A DNA stretch of 54,152 nt from Candidatus Kaiserbacteria bacterium RIFCSPLOWO2_01_FULL_45_25 (GCA_001781415.1 MFLT01000006.1:9387-63538); one strand, 5' to 3'. Counted from the stretch's first letter, positions 1-10,101 are shown. The notes: generated by a model from the letters alone, not told the origin. Numbers and translations: made by a program.

Positions 1-388
1 TAGCTTTCGCCAAGCAACTCTCGCACCGACAGCCGTCTTTTTTTATGAGGTCATTGAAGTACATCTTGCCATAGTTGTAGGTTAGTTCTTCGCCTGGAGC
101 GATAGCGCGCTTGGCGTAGATAAAGATGTGTTCTTCTTTCTCGTCGAGTTCAGGGTAACAGTTTGGCTTGCAGGCATGATTAAGGTAGCGAGCTGTATTT
201 TCACGACCCTTGCCATCAATAGTCCAGTTATCATTCAATTCAAACAAATACTTACCACCGCGACGGTTGGCTTCTTCTTCAGTAATTTTTTCACCCGTGT
301 ATTCGATGACTAGCTCACCTTTTTTAAATGCTTCCGTTGCAAACAGTCCGAGACCGGCCGAAGATTTTTTGACTGCTATTTTTTTCAT
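1..388 (-). CDS. SET-domain lysine methyltransferase with post-SET cysteines (3' end runs off the window)
   Basis: Not in the ORF track. Manual translation from ATG 388: MKKIAVKKSSAGLGLFA...IEYTGE...ARYLNHACKPN...IAPGEELTYNYG...CRCESC, containing the SET motifs GxGLFA, RxxNHxCxPN and ELxxxY. Confidence 0.93.
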   Translation of the reverse strand, partial: MKKIAVKKSSAGLGLFATEAFKKGELVIEYTGEKITEEEANRRGGKYLFELNDNWTIDGKGRENTARYLNHACKPNCYPELDEKEEHIFIYAKRAIAPGEELTYNYGKMYFNDLIKKDGCRCESCLAKA

Positions 389-470
389 TGCCCTAGTATA
401 ACGAAAAAAGTTTTGTTTTGAACAGTCAACTGAGGGAAAGTCCCTCTAATTTTGCTATCATTACTAATAT

Positions 471-2822
471 ATGAATCAAGTTCTTGAAAAGTTCATTCGA
501 GCGGCAGATTATTTGTCTGCAGTCCAAATTTATTTGCGGGGTAATTATTTATTAAACGAGCCGTTAAAGCGTGAGCATATCAAGCCGCGGCTACTTGGTC
601 ACTGGGGCACTTGTCCGGGTGTTAACTTCACCTACGCTCACCTCAACCGCGCCATCATCGAACATGATCTCGATATGATGTTTGTGCTTGGGCCAGGTCA
701 TGGTTTCCCAGCCGTTCAGTCAAATTTATTTTTGGAAGGAACACTCTCGAAATACTACAAGAACATTTCTCGTGATAAAGACGGCATTGCCGACATGGCT
801 AGATTATTTAGTTGGCCGTATGGCTTTCCTAGTCACAGTAACCCAGAAGCACCGGGGGTTATTCTCGAAGGTGGGGAACTAGGGTACGCACTCGCTACCT
901 CTTATGGCGCTATCTTGGACAATCCAAGTTTAATTGTGTCTTGTCTAATTGGAGACGGTGAAGCGGAGACTGGCCCAACTGCTACTGCTTGGCATCTCAG
1001 TAAACTCATCGACCCTGGTCGCAATGGTGCTGTATTGCCGATTCTTCACCTCAATGGCTACAAGATTTCCGGTCCAACCCTCTATGGACGAATGCGTGAC
1101 GATGAACTCAAGTCACTATTCTGGGGCTATGGGTACGACCCAATTTTTGTTAATGCCTACGAAGGTGAAGACGTGCATGACCAAATGCGAGCGGCACTCG
1201 ATAAAGCTGTTAATGATATCCGCTTCACTCAGCACTGTGCTCGGGAGATGACTCTCAAGGACAACCCACGTTGGCCAATGATTATTTTGCGTTCACCAAA
1301 AGGCTGGCACAGTATCAAACAAATCCGCGAAAAGAGAATTGAAGACAACCACTATTCACACCAGGTGATTGCTGAAGGAGCGGCTCACAACGACGAAGAG
1401 TTCCAACTTCTTGAAGAATGGTTACGTTCATATCGTTTTGAAGAATTATTTGATGGTGAGAAATTTGACGCTGATATTGAGTCCCTAGTTCCGCGACCTG
1501 ATAGACGAATGGGTGATAATCCACGAGCACATGGCGGTTCTACTTACCGGGCTCTCAATCTCCCAGATTTAAATAACTACAGCACTTCTACTACCTGCAA
1601 CTTAGACGACCCTATCTGTGGTGAAGTCAGTAGTATGGAGAAGATTGGTGAATACCTCCGCGACATTATGCGCATGAACGAAGGGGAGCGAAACATCCGT
1701 CTCTTCTCACCAGATGAAACTTACTCAAACAAACTGCAGGCGGTGTTTGAATACACCAAGCGTACATTTGTATGGCCACACAAAGAGTGGGACAAAGACT
1801 TGGCTTGGGATGGGCGAGTGATGGAAATGCTTTCTGAACACAGCCTTCAAGGTATGATCCAAGGCTATGTACTCACTGGCCGCCATGGTGTATTCGTTTC
1901 ATATGAAGCCTTCGTGCAGATTGTGGCTAGTATGGCCGACCAATACGCTAAGTTCTTGAAAGTGGCTCGCTCTGTGCCGTGGCGCGGAGTAATCCCGTCT
2001 TTGAACTATATCTTGACCTCAACTGGTTGGCGCCAAGAACACAACGGTTTTTCTCACCAAAACCCTGGCTTTATTGATGGTGTGCTGCAGCGCCAAGGTT
2101 GTTTCACTAACGTTTACTTCCCAGCCGACGCCAACATTGCGCTAGCTACTTTCCACAAGATGATGAGCTCAACTCGTGAAATCAACGTGATGGTGTGTGA
2201 GAAGCGCCCGCTCCCAATCTGGCGCAGCCTTGAGGAAGCCAAGATAGACGTTCGTGATGGACTATCAATTTGGAACTTTGCTAGTGATGAAGATCCTCAT
2301 GTCGTTATTGCTTCGGCCGGTGACTATCCAACCCAAGAAGCTTTGGCAGCCGTCAGCATCATCAGACAAGAGCTTCCAGAGTTGCGAGTGCGGTTTGTAA
2401 ACATCACTTCATTGTCAGCTCTCGGAATGGGTAATTCTGGGTGCCGCGTCTTGGCTCATAATTTTTCTGAGTACTTTACTGAAGATAAACCAATTATCGT
2501 CAACTTCCACGGCTACCCACAAACCATGAAGCAGGTCTTGTTTGATTATGGTTGCGATTCAGACCGAGTCAGTATTCATGGCTATGAGGAAGTTGGTTCA
2601 ACTACAACTGCCTTTGACATGATGGTTCGAAATCATGTCGACCGTTACCACCTCGCCATGCAAGCCTTTGCCTTTGCCGAAAAAACTGGCGTGATAGATG
2701 AGGATACTCTTTTGCGCCTCACTTCACTGCTTCAAGAGGAGTTGGATAAACACCGTGAATACATCATGAAGAATGGTGATGATCCAATCGAAATTACTAA
2801 CTGGGTATGGCATTCACGTTAA
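471..2822 (+). CDS. xfp: Xylulose-5-P/fructose-6-P phosphoketolase
   Basis: 783 aa; motifs GHWGTCPG, GPGHG, EGGELGY, GDGEAETGP, HLNGYKI, HNGFSHQNPG. Confidence 0.97.
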   Translation: MNQVLEKFIRAADYLSAVQIYLRGNYLLNEPLKREHIKPRLLGHWGTCPGVNFTYAHLNRAIIEHDLDMMFVLGPGHGFPAVQSNLFLEGTLSKYYKNISRDKDGIADMARLFSWPYGFPSHSNPEAPGVILEGGELGYALATSYGAILDNPSLIVSCLIGDGEAETGPTATAWHLSKLIDPGRNGAVLPILHLNGYKISGPTLYGRMRDDELKSLFWGYGYDPIFVNAYEGEDVHDQMRAALDKAVNDIRFTQHCAREMTLKDNPRWPMIILRSPKGWHSIKQIREKRIEDNHYSHQVIAEGAAHNDEEFQLLEEWLRSYRFEELFDGEKFDADIESLVPRPDRRMGDNPRAHGGSTYRALNLPDLNNYSTSTTCNLDDPICGEVSSMEKIGEYLRDIMRMNEGERNIRLFSPDETYSNKLQAVFEYTKRTFVWPHKEWDKDLAWDGRVMEMLSEHSLQGMIQGYVLTGRHGVFVSYEAFVQIVASMADQYAKFLKVARSVPWRGVIPSLNYILTSTGWRQEHNGFSHQNPGFIDGVLQRQGCFTNVYFPADANIALATFHKMMSSTREINVMVCEKRPLPIWRSLEEAKIDVRDGLSIWNFASDEDPHVVIASAGDYPTQEALAAVSIIRQELPELRVRFVNITSLSALGMGNSGCRVLAHNFSEYFTEDKPIIVNFHGYPQTMKQVLFDYGCDSDRVSIHGYEEVGSTTTAFDMMVRNHVDRYHLAMQAFAFAEKTGVIDEDTLLRLTSLLQEELDKHREYIMKNGDDPIEITNWVWHSR

Positions 2823-3979
2823 TTATTAACCCAGGTAGTTCATCAAAAAAGTTCGCTCTTTATTCAGGGCGGACTTTGTTGTTGGAGGCATATGTTGAAA
2901 GATCTGCTGGTGGCTATGAGATGTGTACTGCCATTAGTGGGGAACAACAGAAATGCGATTTACTAAATCGTGATGAGTATAACGGCAGCCTCGGGCAATT
3001 TCTTGACGGTGCGATTAAGCGGGAGTTATTGGCTGATTATGATGATGTCACCAGAGTGGCGCTACGAGTAGTTGCCCCGGGGACGTATTTTCAGGAGCAC
3101 CGATTAATTGATGAAGAGTATTTAAGAAAGCTTGAGGCGTTGAGTAACGTTGCGCCGCTACATATTCCGCACTTGCTCCAGGAGATTAAAGCCACTAGGC
3201 AGATTTTGCCACAGACTAAGCTTGTAGGTGTGTCTGATAGCGCCTTTCACGCTAATATGCCAGATATAACTAGGCGCTATTCAATTCCAGAATCTGATGC
3301 TAAGCAGTTTGATATTTATCACTTTGGATACCATGGGTTATCTGTAGCTTCGGTGTTAGCAAGGGCCGATACAGTAGCCAGGGAACCACTACGCAAAGTC
3401 ATTGTTTGTCATATTGGTAGTGGTGTCAGTATTACCGCTGTGAAGAATGGTCGGAGTGTTGATACTACTATGGGCTATGCACCTGGCAGTGGGTTACCAA
3501 TGGGTACTCGGGCCGGAGACTTGCCAACTGGCGCTCTGTTGTCTTTGATGCAGCAAAAGAACCTCAAGCCTGCTGATGCTCTTGTATACCTCCAAACCAA
3601 CAGTGGGCTCATGAGCTTGGCTGGTGAGTCCGATCTGCGAATTTTGTTGGAACAGCGCTCTAAGGGTTACACCAAAGCTACCGCTGCTATCGATACATTT
3701 ATTTACCATCTTCAAAAAGCCATTGGTGGTTATATGGCCACCCTTGGTGGGGTAGAAGCTATTGTCCTTACTGCTACAGCTAGTCAGCGTAGTCCTATGC
3801 TGCGGCAATTGCTAATTGAGCCTTTGGCCCCACTAGGAATTATTTTGGATAAAGAAAAAAACGACGCGGCAATTAATCAAGAAGCTGTCATCAGTACCGA
3901 TGGGTCACCAATAAAAGTTTTGGTAATTAAAACCAGAGAGGCTGAAGAAATTCTTAAAAACAGTGAGTTATTTCGCTAA
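2807..3979 (+). CDS. ackA: Acetate kinase
   Basis: INPGSSSKK, APLHIP, DSAFH, GYHGLS, CHIGSGVS, MGTRAGD; overlaps the xfp stop. Confidence 0.93.
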   Translation: MAFTLIINPGSSSKKFALYSGRTLLLEAYVERSAGGYEMCTAISGEQQKCDLLNRDEYNGSLGQFLDGAIKRELLADYDDVTRVALRVVAPGTYFQEHRLIDEEYLRKLEALSNVAPLHIPHLLQEIKATRQILPQTKLVGVSDSAFHANMPDITRRYSIPESDAKQFDIYHFGYHGLSVASVLARADTVAREPLRKVIVCHIGSGVSITAVKNGRSVDTTMGYAPGSGLPMGTRAGDLPTGALLSLMQQKNLKPADALVYLQTNSGLMSLAGESDLRILLEQRSKGYTKATAAIDTFIYHLQKAIGGYMATLGGVEAIVLTATASQRSPMLRQLLIEPLAPLGIILDKEKNDAAINQEAVISTDGSPIKVLVIKTREAEEILKNSELFR

Positions 3980-4033
3980 TTTTTTGCCACTGCATCTGGT
4001 ATAGTTGTGGTAATACGTTCCTGCTTGTTATTT

Positions 4034-5326
4034 ATGTCTTGGTTTGAAGAAAATAAACAAATCCTCATCGCGCTCCTGCACGGAGTAATGGTTTTTATTT
4101 TGCTTTTTGTTGGTTTGGTTATCTTTACCATCCAGTACGACTTTACTGACGTAAATATGGCGGTTCTGGCCTTTATTTTGGCGACCACTTGTATTGTATT
4201 TTTTGCCAAAAGTGTCTACGAGATTCACGCTAGTACAACGCGTGAAAAGAAATTAGCTGAAGAAATGGCTGAGAAGTACATCAAATCTTCCGAGCAGCTT
4301 TTTTTGGAGGTATACAACAATAGCCCGGTCGCTTATTTAATCGTTGGTAAGTTGGGGGATATTATCTCGGCTAACACCGCCGCCGCTCGGTTGTTTGGAG
4401 TTTCAGCTGATAAGCTCGTTAAGCGAGACCTCTTTGCTCTTATGAATGCTGGCGGGGAGGAGCACCAGTCTATTCTTAAGCAGAAGTTTCAAACTGGCAT
4501 CGTGGTTTCAGATGAAGAAGTAAAAGTCATTCGCAGTAACTCTTTCTCTTGGACCAAACTCTCAATCTTTCAATTCTCCAATGCTGATGGCAAGCGTCTC
4601 AGTCTAGTTACTTTGGTGGATGTGACTAAGCAAAAGGAGATTGAGATTGCTAAATCTGAGTTCGTGTCTTTGGCCTCACATCAACTCCGCACTCCTATTT
4701 CTGGTATGCGCTGGAGTGCGGAGCTCCTACTTATGGATGGTGTTGAGTCTCTGAGTAAGCAGCAAAAGCGTTACGTTGATCGATTGCTTTCTAGTATTCA
4801 GCGCATGAGTTCACTCGTGGATGACTTTTTGCAGGTGTCACGCTTTGAGCTTGGAACTCGTATTCTTAAGGAAGAGACAGTGGTGTTGAAAGAATTATTT
4901 GACGACATTATCGCTGAGCAAGATGCCAAGGTAACCCTCAATCGCCTCAAAATTTATAAAGAGTATGATCCAAGTGTAGTTAAGATTCAAAGTGATATGG
5001 CGCTTTTGCGCATGGTAGTTACAAATCTCTACACTAACGCCGTAAAGTATTCTCGTATTGGGGGAGAGATTTCGGTTGGCTACATGCGACAAGGTGGCGA
5101 CTTGGTGATTACCGTCAAAGACAGTGGTATGGGTATTCCGGTGGCTGAACAACAACGGGTATTTTCAAAAATCTTCCGCGCCAGTAACGCTATCAAAGAA
5201 GTACCAGACGGTACTGGTCTTGGTTTATACATTGTACAAAAAGCCGTTCAAACCCTGGAAGGCCGGGTCAGCTTTGTTTCTACTGAAAACATCGGCACTA
5301 CCTTCACGGTAGTAATTCCAATCTAA
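4034..5326 (+). CDS. Membrane PAS-domain sensor histidine kinase
   Basis: Two TM helices, PAS, H-box SHQLRTP, N-box NAVKYS, G1 DSGMGI, G2 GTGLGL. Start moved to ATG 4034. Confidence 0.93.
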   Translation: MSWFEENKQILIALLHGVMVFILLFVGLVIFTIQYDFTDVNMAVLAFILATTCIVFFAKSVYEIHASTTREKKLAEEMAEKYIKSSEQLFLEVYNNSPVAYLIVGKLGDIISANTAAARLFGVSADKLVKRDLFALMNAGGEEHQSILKQKFQTGIVVSDEEVKVIRSNSFSWTKLSIFQFSNADGKRLSLVTLVDVTKQKEIEIAKSEFVSLASHQLRTPISGMRWSAELLLMDGVESLSKQQKRYVDRLLSSIQRMSSLVDDFLQVSRFELGTRILKEETVVLKELFDDIIAEQDAKVTLNRLKIYKEYDPSVVKIQSDMALLRMVVTNLYTNAVKYSRIGGEISVGYMRQGGDLVITVKDSGMGIPVAEQQRVFSKIFRASNAIKEVPDGTGLGLYIVQKAVQTLEGRVSFVSTENIGTTFTVVIPI

Positions 5327-5358
5327 AGTTAAGGATTGATTATTCTTAATCAAGTCAA

Positions 5359-5398
5359 TCATATTAAAACTGGGTGCTAGCACCCAGTTTTAATATGA
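5359..5398. terminator. Bidirectional terminator (perfect 40-bp palindrome)
   Basis: TCATATTAAAACTGGGTGCTAGCACCCAGTTTTAATATGA lies between the convergent kinase and receiver genes. Confidence 0.8.
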
Positions 5399-5412
5399 CT
5401 CCTTTCTGTGAC

Positions 5413-5802
5413 TTATTTAAGTTTGTCTTTTGTGAGTAGTTCACCCTCAATTCGGGCGGCCAGGTTTTCAATACCCCAGTGTGATTTATGAAGGATGTCT
5501 TCAGTTGGTAGGTCTAGGTCAGTTGGAACGACGTCTGTGGTATCTGAAGCGGTGAGTACAAGTACGCGGGCAGTGCGACCCCAGTCATCCATTCGAAGTT
5601 TGCGTAGTACTTCATAGCCATCAATGTCTGGCAGCTTCAGGTCTAGCAGAATTAAGTCAGGCTTTTCTTGAGGAGCGATTTTTAGACCAGCAATACCAGT
5701 TGAGGCCTTGATAGCGTGATAGCCTTTAAATATAAGCATGTCTTCAAGTGAGTCAGCCAAGTCGGCTGAGTCCTCAATTATCAGAATCTTTTTTTGTGAC
5801 AT
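5413..5802 (-). CDS. Single-domain response regulator (receiver only)
   Basis: KILIIEDS, PDLILLDLKLPDIDG, VLVLTA; start MSQKK at 5802. Confidence 0.9.
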   Translation of the reverse strand: MSQKKILIIEDSADLADSLEDMLIFKGYHAIKASTGIAGLKIAPQEKPDLILLDLKLPDIDGYEVLRKLRMDDWGRTARVLVLTASDTTDVVPTDLDLPTEDILHKSHWGIENLAARIEGELLTKDKLK

Positions 5803-5905
5803 ATGTGAGTATTGTAGCTTATTTAGAACTGAGAGAGTAGTGGCTATCCAGTAATTGAAAACCCCGTCACATTGACGGGGTTTCTGGTGGATTGCTTCCG
5901 GTGAC

Positions 5906-6223
5906 TTATGCACCGATTTTCTCTCTGATTATTCTAGATAAACCAATTGAACTCGATGGTGTGGGTGCACCCCTTTCCACTCTAGCCCTTTTGGCGGCCA
6001 GGGCGGCGTCTTCTTCATCGATTTCAGCGATGCTGATGTAGTAAGCCAGTTTTGTTTTGGCCTGCGTCAGTTCTGGTTGAAGGTCGAAGGGTACCCTTGG
6101 CCACATCCCGTAAAGCTTGGTCAGAAGGTCGGCAAGTGGCAAATTTGGTTTTGTGCCTCTACCTAACTCCCAGAGGGCAAGAGCTACCAACCTAAGGGTT
6201 TCTTTATCTTCAGGTGTCAACAT
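5906..6223 (-). CDS. Hypothetical protein (orphan unit)
   Basis: AAGGAG SD upstream of ATG 6223, an upstream promoter-like region, and a terminator-like hairpin at ~5860-5885. Confidence 0.6.
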   Translation of the reverse strand: MLTPEDKETLRLVALALWELGRGTKPNLPLADLLTKLYGMWPRVPFDLQPELTQAKTKLAYYISIAEIDEEDAALAAKRARVERGAPTPSSSIGLSRIIREKIGA

Positions 6224-6323
6224 AGCCATCTCCTTGAGTTGAGTGAAAAATGGATGCTTGGAGGGAACAACAGCAACCTTTAGTATGCAGAGCTTCCAAA
6301 CTTTTTGCAAGTTGAGGGCGGTT

Positions 6324-7088
6324 CTAATTGGTACGAGCTTGGAGGAGGATGCTGAGGTCAACGGTGTTTATTTTGCCATCATCATTGAAGTCACCCTCTA
6401 GACTCTGAGTTGAAAGAAGAATTAAAAATAGACTAATGTCGGTGAGGTTTACCTTGCTGTCATCGTTAAGGTCTGGAGTAGGCAGCTTTCGTAAAACTAG
6501 TACATTAGCTTCTGATTTAGTTTCGTGTTGAATACTAATGGTTGGGGTGGTGGTTGGAGTTTCGTGTGCAGCGACAATAAAAAGAGTCTCAACATAATCT
6601 TCGAGAGGGGCTTCAGTGCCGAAACCGTCATGCATAAGAACCTGAGTATCTCCCAAGATTAGATTACTGTCACCAACCGTATGTGCTTTAAAAGTAATGG
6701 TGAGCAAGGTCTCACTACCAGTGAATCCGCCTGGTCTGGTGGTGCCGCCAGCAAAGCTAATTGTCCCAGCTCCATTTTCATACCACGGAGTTTCGGCCCA
6801 AAGATCAGCTAGAGAAGTATTGTAGTCAATATTTTCTACCGCTAGCACCCCTTCGTTAAATCGTACGGTTCCTTTGAAGGCGTTTACCGGTATTTCCGAA
6901 GTGGCGAGAATTTGTACTGTGAATGTATCACCTGGCTTACTGACGAAGGTACTTGGGGCCAACATGATGGTGGTACTGGCGTGCTCGCTTGGGAGGAGGT
7001 AGATGCCAGTTACTGCTATAAGTCCTAAGATAACGCTAGCGACCAGAGCTGGCGGGACAATCATTCCTTTTCGTAGTGATAGTTTCAT
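6324..7088 (-). CDS. Membrane-anchored cohesin-like + dockerin-like domain protein
   Basis: N-terminal TM, beta-rich cohesin-like domain, duplicated Ca-binding dockerin repeats DLNDDSKVNLTD / DFNDDGKINTVD. Confidence 0.8.
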   Translation of the reverse strand: MKLSLRKGMIVPPALVASVILGLIAVTGIYLLPSEHASTTIMLAPSTFVSKPGDTFTVQILATSEIPVNAFKGTVRFNEGVLAVENIDYNTSLADLWAETPWYENGAGTISFAGGTTRPGGFTGSETLLTITFKAHTVGDSNLILGDTQVLMHDGFGTEAPLEDYVETLFIVAAHETPTTTPTISIQHETKSEANVLVLRKLPTPDLNDDSKVNLTDISLFLILLSTQSLEGDFNDDGKINTVDLSILLQARTN

Positions 7089-7151
7089 ATGTATATAGTA
7101 TTACATATTATTTTTTTATAAAAATCACCCTTTGGTAAGGGTGGTGGGTGA

Positions 7152-7679
7152 TTAGGCCTGTTCGGCCACACCAGGGAAGCTCTCAGGAGCCTTGTTCGAG
7201 TCCGGCTTCACAAAGAAACCTTCCTTCTGCGAGTACTTCACGCCCGAGACCGCCGGACGGTCGCGCAGCAGGGCTTCGCGGTCAACTTCGGTGATGTAGC
7301 GCAGGTACTGCGTGAGCTTCATGGCTTCCAGGTTTTTGATGACCTGCTCAGCCCCGCCCTTGGCGTAGGTGACTTTGGTCGGCGGCAGCCGCCAGCCGAA
7401 TTCACCGCCAGTCAGCACGAGGCTCTTCTTGTCGCCAACGAGCAGTGTCTTGCGATTCTGCGAAGCGTAGGTCAGCAGGGCTTTTACGTACTGCTTGTGT
7501 TCCTCTTGCAGCGGGGCGGCGGCTTCTTCAGCATTGCTGCGGGCTTCGGCCACATCAGCTTCGAGGTTGGTCTTGATGGTGGCGAGGTCACGCTCACATT
7601 CACCAATCTTGAACAGAAGTGCGTTCACTTCAGACAGATTGGCAGGGACAGGGAAGAGGGATTTTTTGCGGGTGGCCAT
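7152..7679 (-). CDS. Mu Gam-like DNA end-binding / host-nuclease inhibitor
   Basis: Coiled N-terminal half, then KKSLVLTGGEFGWRLPP...YLRYITEVDREALL...FFVKP, typical of Mu Gam; AGGAG SD before ATG 7679. Confidence 0.85.
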   Translation of the reverse strand: MATRKKSLFPVPANLSEVNALLFKIGECERDLATIKTNLEADVAEARSNAEEAAAPLQEEHKQYVKALLTYASQNRKTLLVGDKKSLVLTGGEFGWRLPPTKVTYAKGGAEQVIKNLEAMKLTQYLRYITEVDREALLRDRPAVSGVKYSQKEGFFVKPDSNKAPESFPGVAEQA

Positions 7680-7788
7680 GGTGGACTCCTGGTGGGTGGA
7701 AAGAACAAAACTATCTAAGAGAGAGTTTGTCACAGGTCTTGATATTTGTTATAGTGTCGTCGAATCTCGACAAATAATTAAAAACACC

Positions 7789-8550
7789 ATGGATACTATT
7801 TTAAATATGCTGGCCGCACTAGGTCTTACTCCACGTACGCAGGCAGTGTATGTTGACCTACTGTCACACGGCCCTTCAGCGGCACGAACTATCGCGCTCC
7901 GCCTTGGTATCCCGCGCTCATCTCTTTACGACCACATCAAGCCACTTCTCGATTTGGCCCTTGTATCTGAACTAGAGACTGGTACTAAAGCCGTCTTTGC
8001 CGTCCATGACATAAGCGACCTTGATCGACTGGTTGCCAAACAAGAACAATCACTAACATTGTTGCGTTCGCAGTTCACTAAAGCCAAAGCCACACTAGCC
8101 GAAGCGCATACCTCTCACGCAGAGCCCAGGATTAAATTTGTCGAAGGCAAGGCTGGGGTGGCAGCACTCTTACTGGAAATGCTTTGGGATACTAAGAGTG
8201 AAATTAAAACCGTTTGGCCGTACGAAGCCATGCTTAAAGTTCTTACCCCTGAAGATCTCGAACTTTTTAATCGTAAGCGTATCCGCCAAAACATTTCACT
8301 TAAGACTATTTGGACTGGGCCTAAGCCGGGCAAGCAACATCTGTGGCGCGGAGGGGATTTCAAGGTAGAGCGGCGTCAGGCCCCAGCTAAGTACAGTGCT
8401 TCAATGGCGTATAACATCTACGGCGACAAAGTCTCTTTCTTTAGTTCAGTTGGTGAGCAGTACGGGTTTGTGGTCCATAGTCGGGATTTTGCCGAGCTTA
8501 TGACGGCACAATTTAATGCTCTAGCTGAAGTCTCCAAAGCTGAGAAATAG
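7789..8550 (+). CDS. TrmB-family transcriptional regulator
   Basis: LGLT..QAVY.DLL..GP..A..IA..LGIPRSSLYD HTH plus a C-terminal PLD-like effector domain (IYGDKV); start ATG 7789. Confidence 0.85.
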   Translation: MDTILNMLAALGLTPRTQAVYVDLLSHGPSAARTIALRLGIPRSSLYDHIKPLLDLALVSELETGTKAVFAVHDISDLDRLVAKQEQSLTLLRSQFTKAKATLAEAHTSHAEPRIKFVEGKAGVAALLLEMLWDTKSEIKTVWPYEAMLKVLTPEDLELFNRKRIRQNISLKTIWTGPKPGKQHLWRGGDFKVERRQAPAKYSASMAYNIYGDKVSFFSSVGEQYGFVVHSRDFAELMTAQFNALAEVSKAEK

Positions 8551-8659
8551 TTTTGACACTGTCCATAAAGTGTGACATAGTACTATTCGGTATTTTCTTT
8601 CGGCGGCACCTGCTCTAAGCAAGTGTCTTTCAGTAAAACGTTCATTTGAGGAGTTAACC

Positions 8660-8875
8660 ATGAGTTTCGTTCAAGTCCTAGCCACGGCCACCATCTCTGG
8701 CCTGGTCTCTGGTGTGACGGTGGTCTTTGTTTTGGCGCGCTTGTCTTGTGCAGACCCGGTGCCCCAAAAAGGGGCTGATGAAATCACGATGGTGCGCCAG
8801 TTGCCGCCGGAGCGTGGTATCCACAACCGGTGTCTCTCGCCGTCTTTTGGCGGAAAAGTTCGCTTTGTGCTGTGA
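8660..8875 (+). CDS. Small hypothetical membrane-anchored protein
   Basis: TTGACA at ~8553, GAGGAG SD, N-terminal hydrophobic helix, terminator at ~8900-8928. Confidence 0.6.
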   Translation: MSFVQVLATATISGLVSGVTVVFVLARLSCADPVPQKGADEITMVRQLPPERGIHNRCLSPSFGGKVRFVL

Positions 8876-8997
8876 GTCAGAACCTCTGGCCGCCAAACAA
8901 AAAGCCCGCATTCGTGCGCGGCTTTTTTATTTATCTAATTTAGATATTTAAAAGGCCGAAGCGTAAGCTTCGGCCTTTGATCTGTGGCCCTCTTGGT

Positions 8998-9603
8998 CTA
9001 TCTCACTGCCAACAAACTCATGGTTTCGTGTTGCTGGTCTTTCCAAAAACCAGTCACTTGAAAGCCAGCATGAAGGAACAGTCCACGTATTTCCTCTGGG
9101 TAGTAGGCGGTGTGCCAGGCAGATGTTCTGTCGTACTCAATCATGCCGTCATGGCTGAAACCGTGGTTGGGTATCACGGTCATCATGACTCCTTTTGGCA
9201 TGAGCAAGGTACGAATTTTCTCCAGACTTTCTTTGAAGATTGCCTTGGGAGTGTTCGTAATTGAATGGCAGGCCCAAACACCAGCCAGACCCTTTTCAAC
9301 ATCAAGTCGGTTGAGAGACATGATTTGGAATCTAGCCTTGGGATTCTGCTTTCTGGCCGCCGAAATCATTTCTGGTGAATAGTCGATACCGAGGTACTTG
9401 CAGCCGTTTTTGATGAACAGAGGGGTATATTGCCCATGACCACAGCCTAGGTCGAGCACTTTCTTCCCGGGTAGGTGTTCAAGAAAAGTTTGCAAGCACT
9501 TTGTGGCAACTGGCGTGGGATTCTTTTCCCAGAACCTGCTTTTGGCCAGATCATCATTGAAGCGGACACCCAAGGCTTCTGCTTGGACGAGTGCGATAGA
9601 CAT
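8998..9603 (-). CDS. Class I SAM-dependent methyltransferase
   Basis: VLDLGCGHG, GIDYSPEMI, LMPKGV; AAGGAG SD. Confidence 0.9.
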   Translation of the reverse strand: MSIALVQAEALGVRFNDDLAKSRFWEKNPTPVATKCLQTFLEHLPGKKVLDLGCGHGQYTPLFIKNGCKYLGIDYSPEMISAARKQNPKARFQIMSLNRLDVEKGLAGVWACHSITNTPKAIFKESLEKIRTLLMPKGVMMTVIPNHGFSHDGMIEYDRTSAWHTAYYPEEIRGLFLHAGFQVTGFWKDQQHETMSLLAVR

Positions 9604-9680
9604 GTTTCTCCTTCAGTCTGTGGGGTTGAGTGGAACTAGCGGACTATTTTATATACCTTTAGTTTGATTTTGTAAACAAA

Positions 9681-9992
9681 TTAATCAAACGAGTGGTGGA
9701 CATCTTCAAAGTTAGTGATGCGACCTTTTTCGTTAACTAAGATTCCTTCTCGCTTATAGAGTGCTCGACGCTTCTTCTCGTGTTCGGGAGTGAGCCAGAC
9801 ACGGCCACCAGCATAGACGATGCGGTGCCAAGGGATGGCGCGTTGGTTCGGCGCTTTACCAAGGATACTTGAGATACTCCGAGACGCCATAGCTCCGCCA
9901 CCAGCAGCGCGCGCTAAGTCGCCGTATGTCACAACTGTGCCCTCAGGTATAGAGAGTGCCAACTCGTAGACAATAAGTGAGAAAGGGGACAT
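9681..9992 (-). CDS. Alkyltransferase-like (ATL/YbaZ-type) MGMT-family protein
   Basis: IPEGTVVTYGDLA...IPWHRIV; Trp replaces the catalytic Cys of PCHR. Confidence 0.88.
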   Translation of the reverse strand: MSPFSLIVYELALSIPEGTVVTYGDLARAAGGGAMASRSISSILGKAPNQRAIPWHRIVYAGGRVWLTPEHEKKRRALYKREGILVNEKGRITNFEDVHHSFD

Positions 9993-10101
9993 GGAAGAAG
10001 TATATCAAAACCAGCAAATAAAGAACTAAATCGTCGTCCAAAGTTTTATTTTAAGAAAAAATCCAGTTTTATTTTATCTCGGACGTGTATCATACTCTTG
10101 T

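Noticed and set aside
128-401. Plus-strand ORFs 128..313 and 210..401
   Set aside because: They are antisense to the SET-domain gene.
5359-5398. Perfect palindromes (also 52955-52992) as mobile-element ends
   Set aside because: They sit between convergent genes with A/T tails on both sides, which bidirectional terminators explain.
7152-7679. Mu-like prophage
   Set aside because: No transposase, integrase or structural phage genes in the window.
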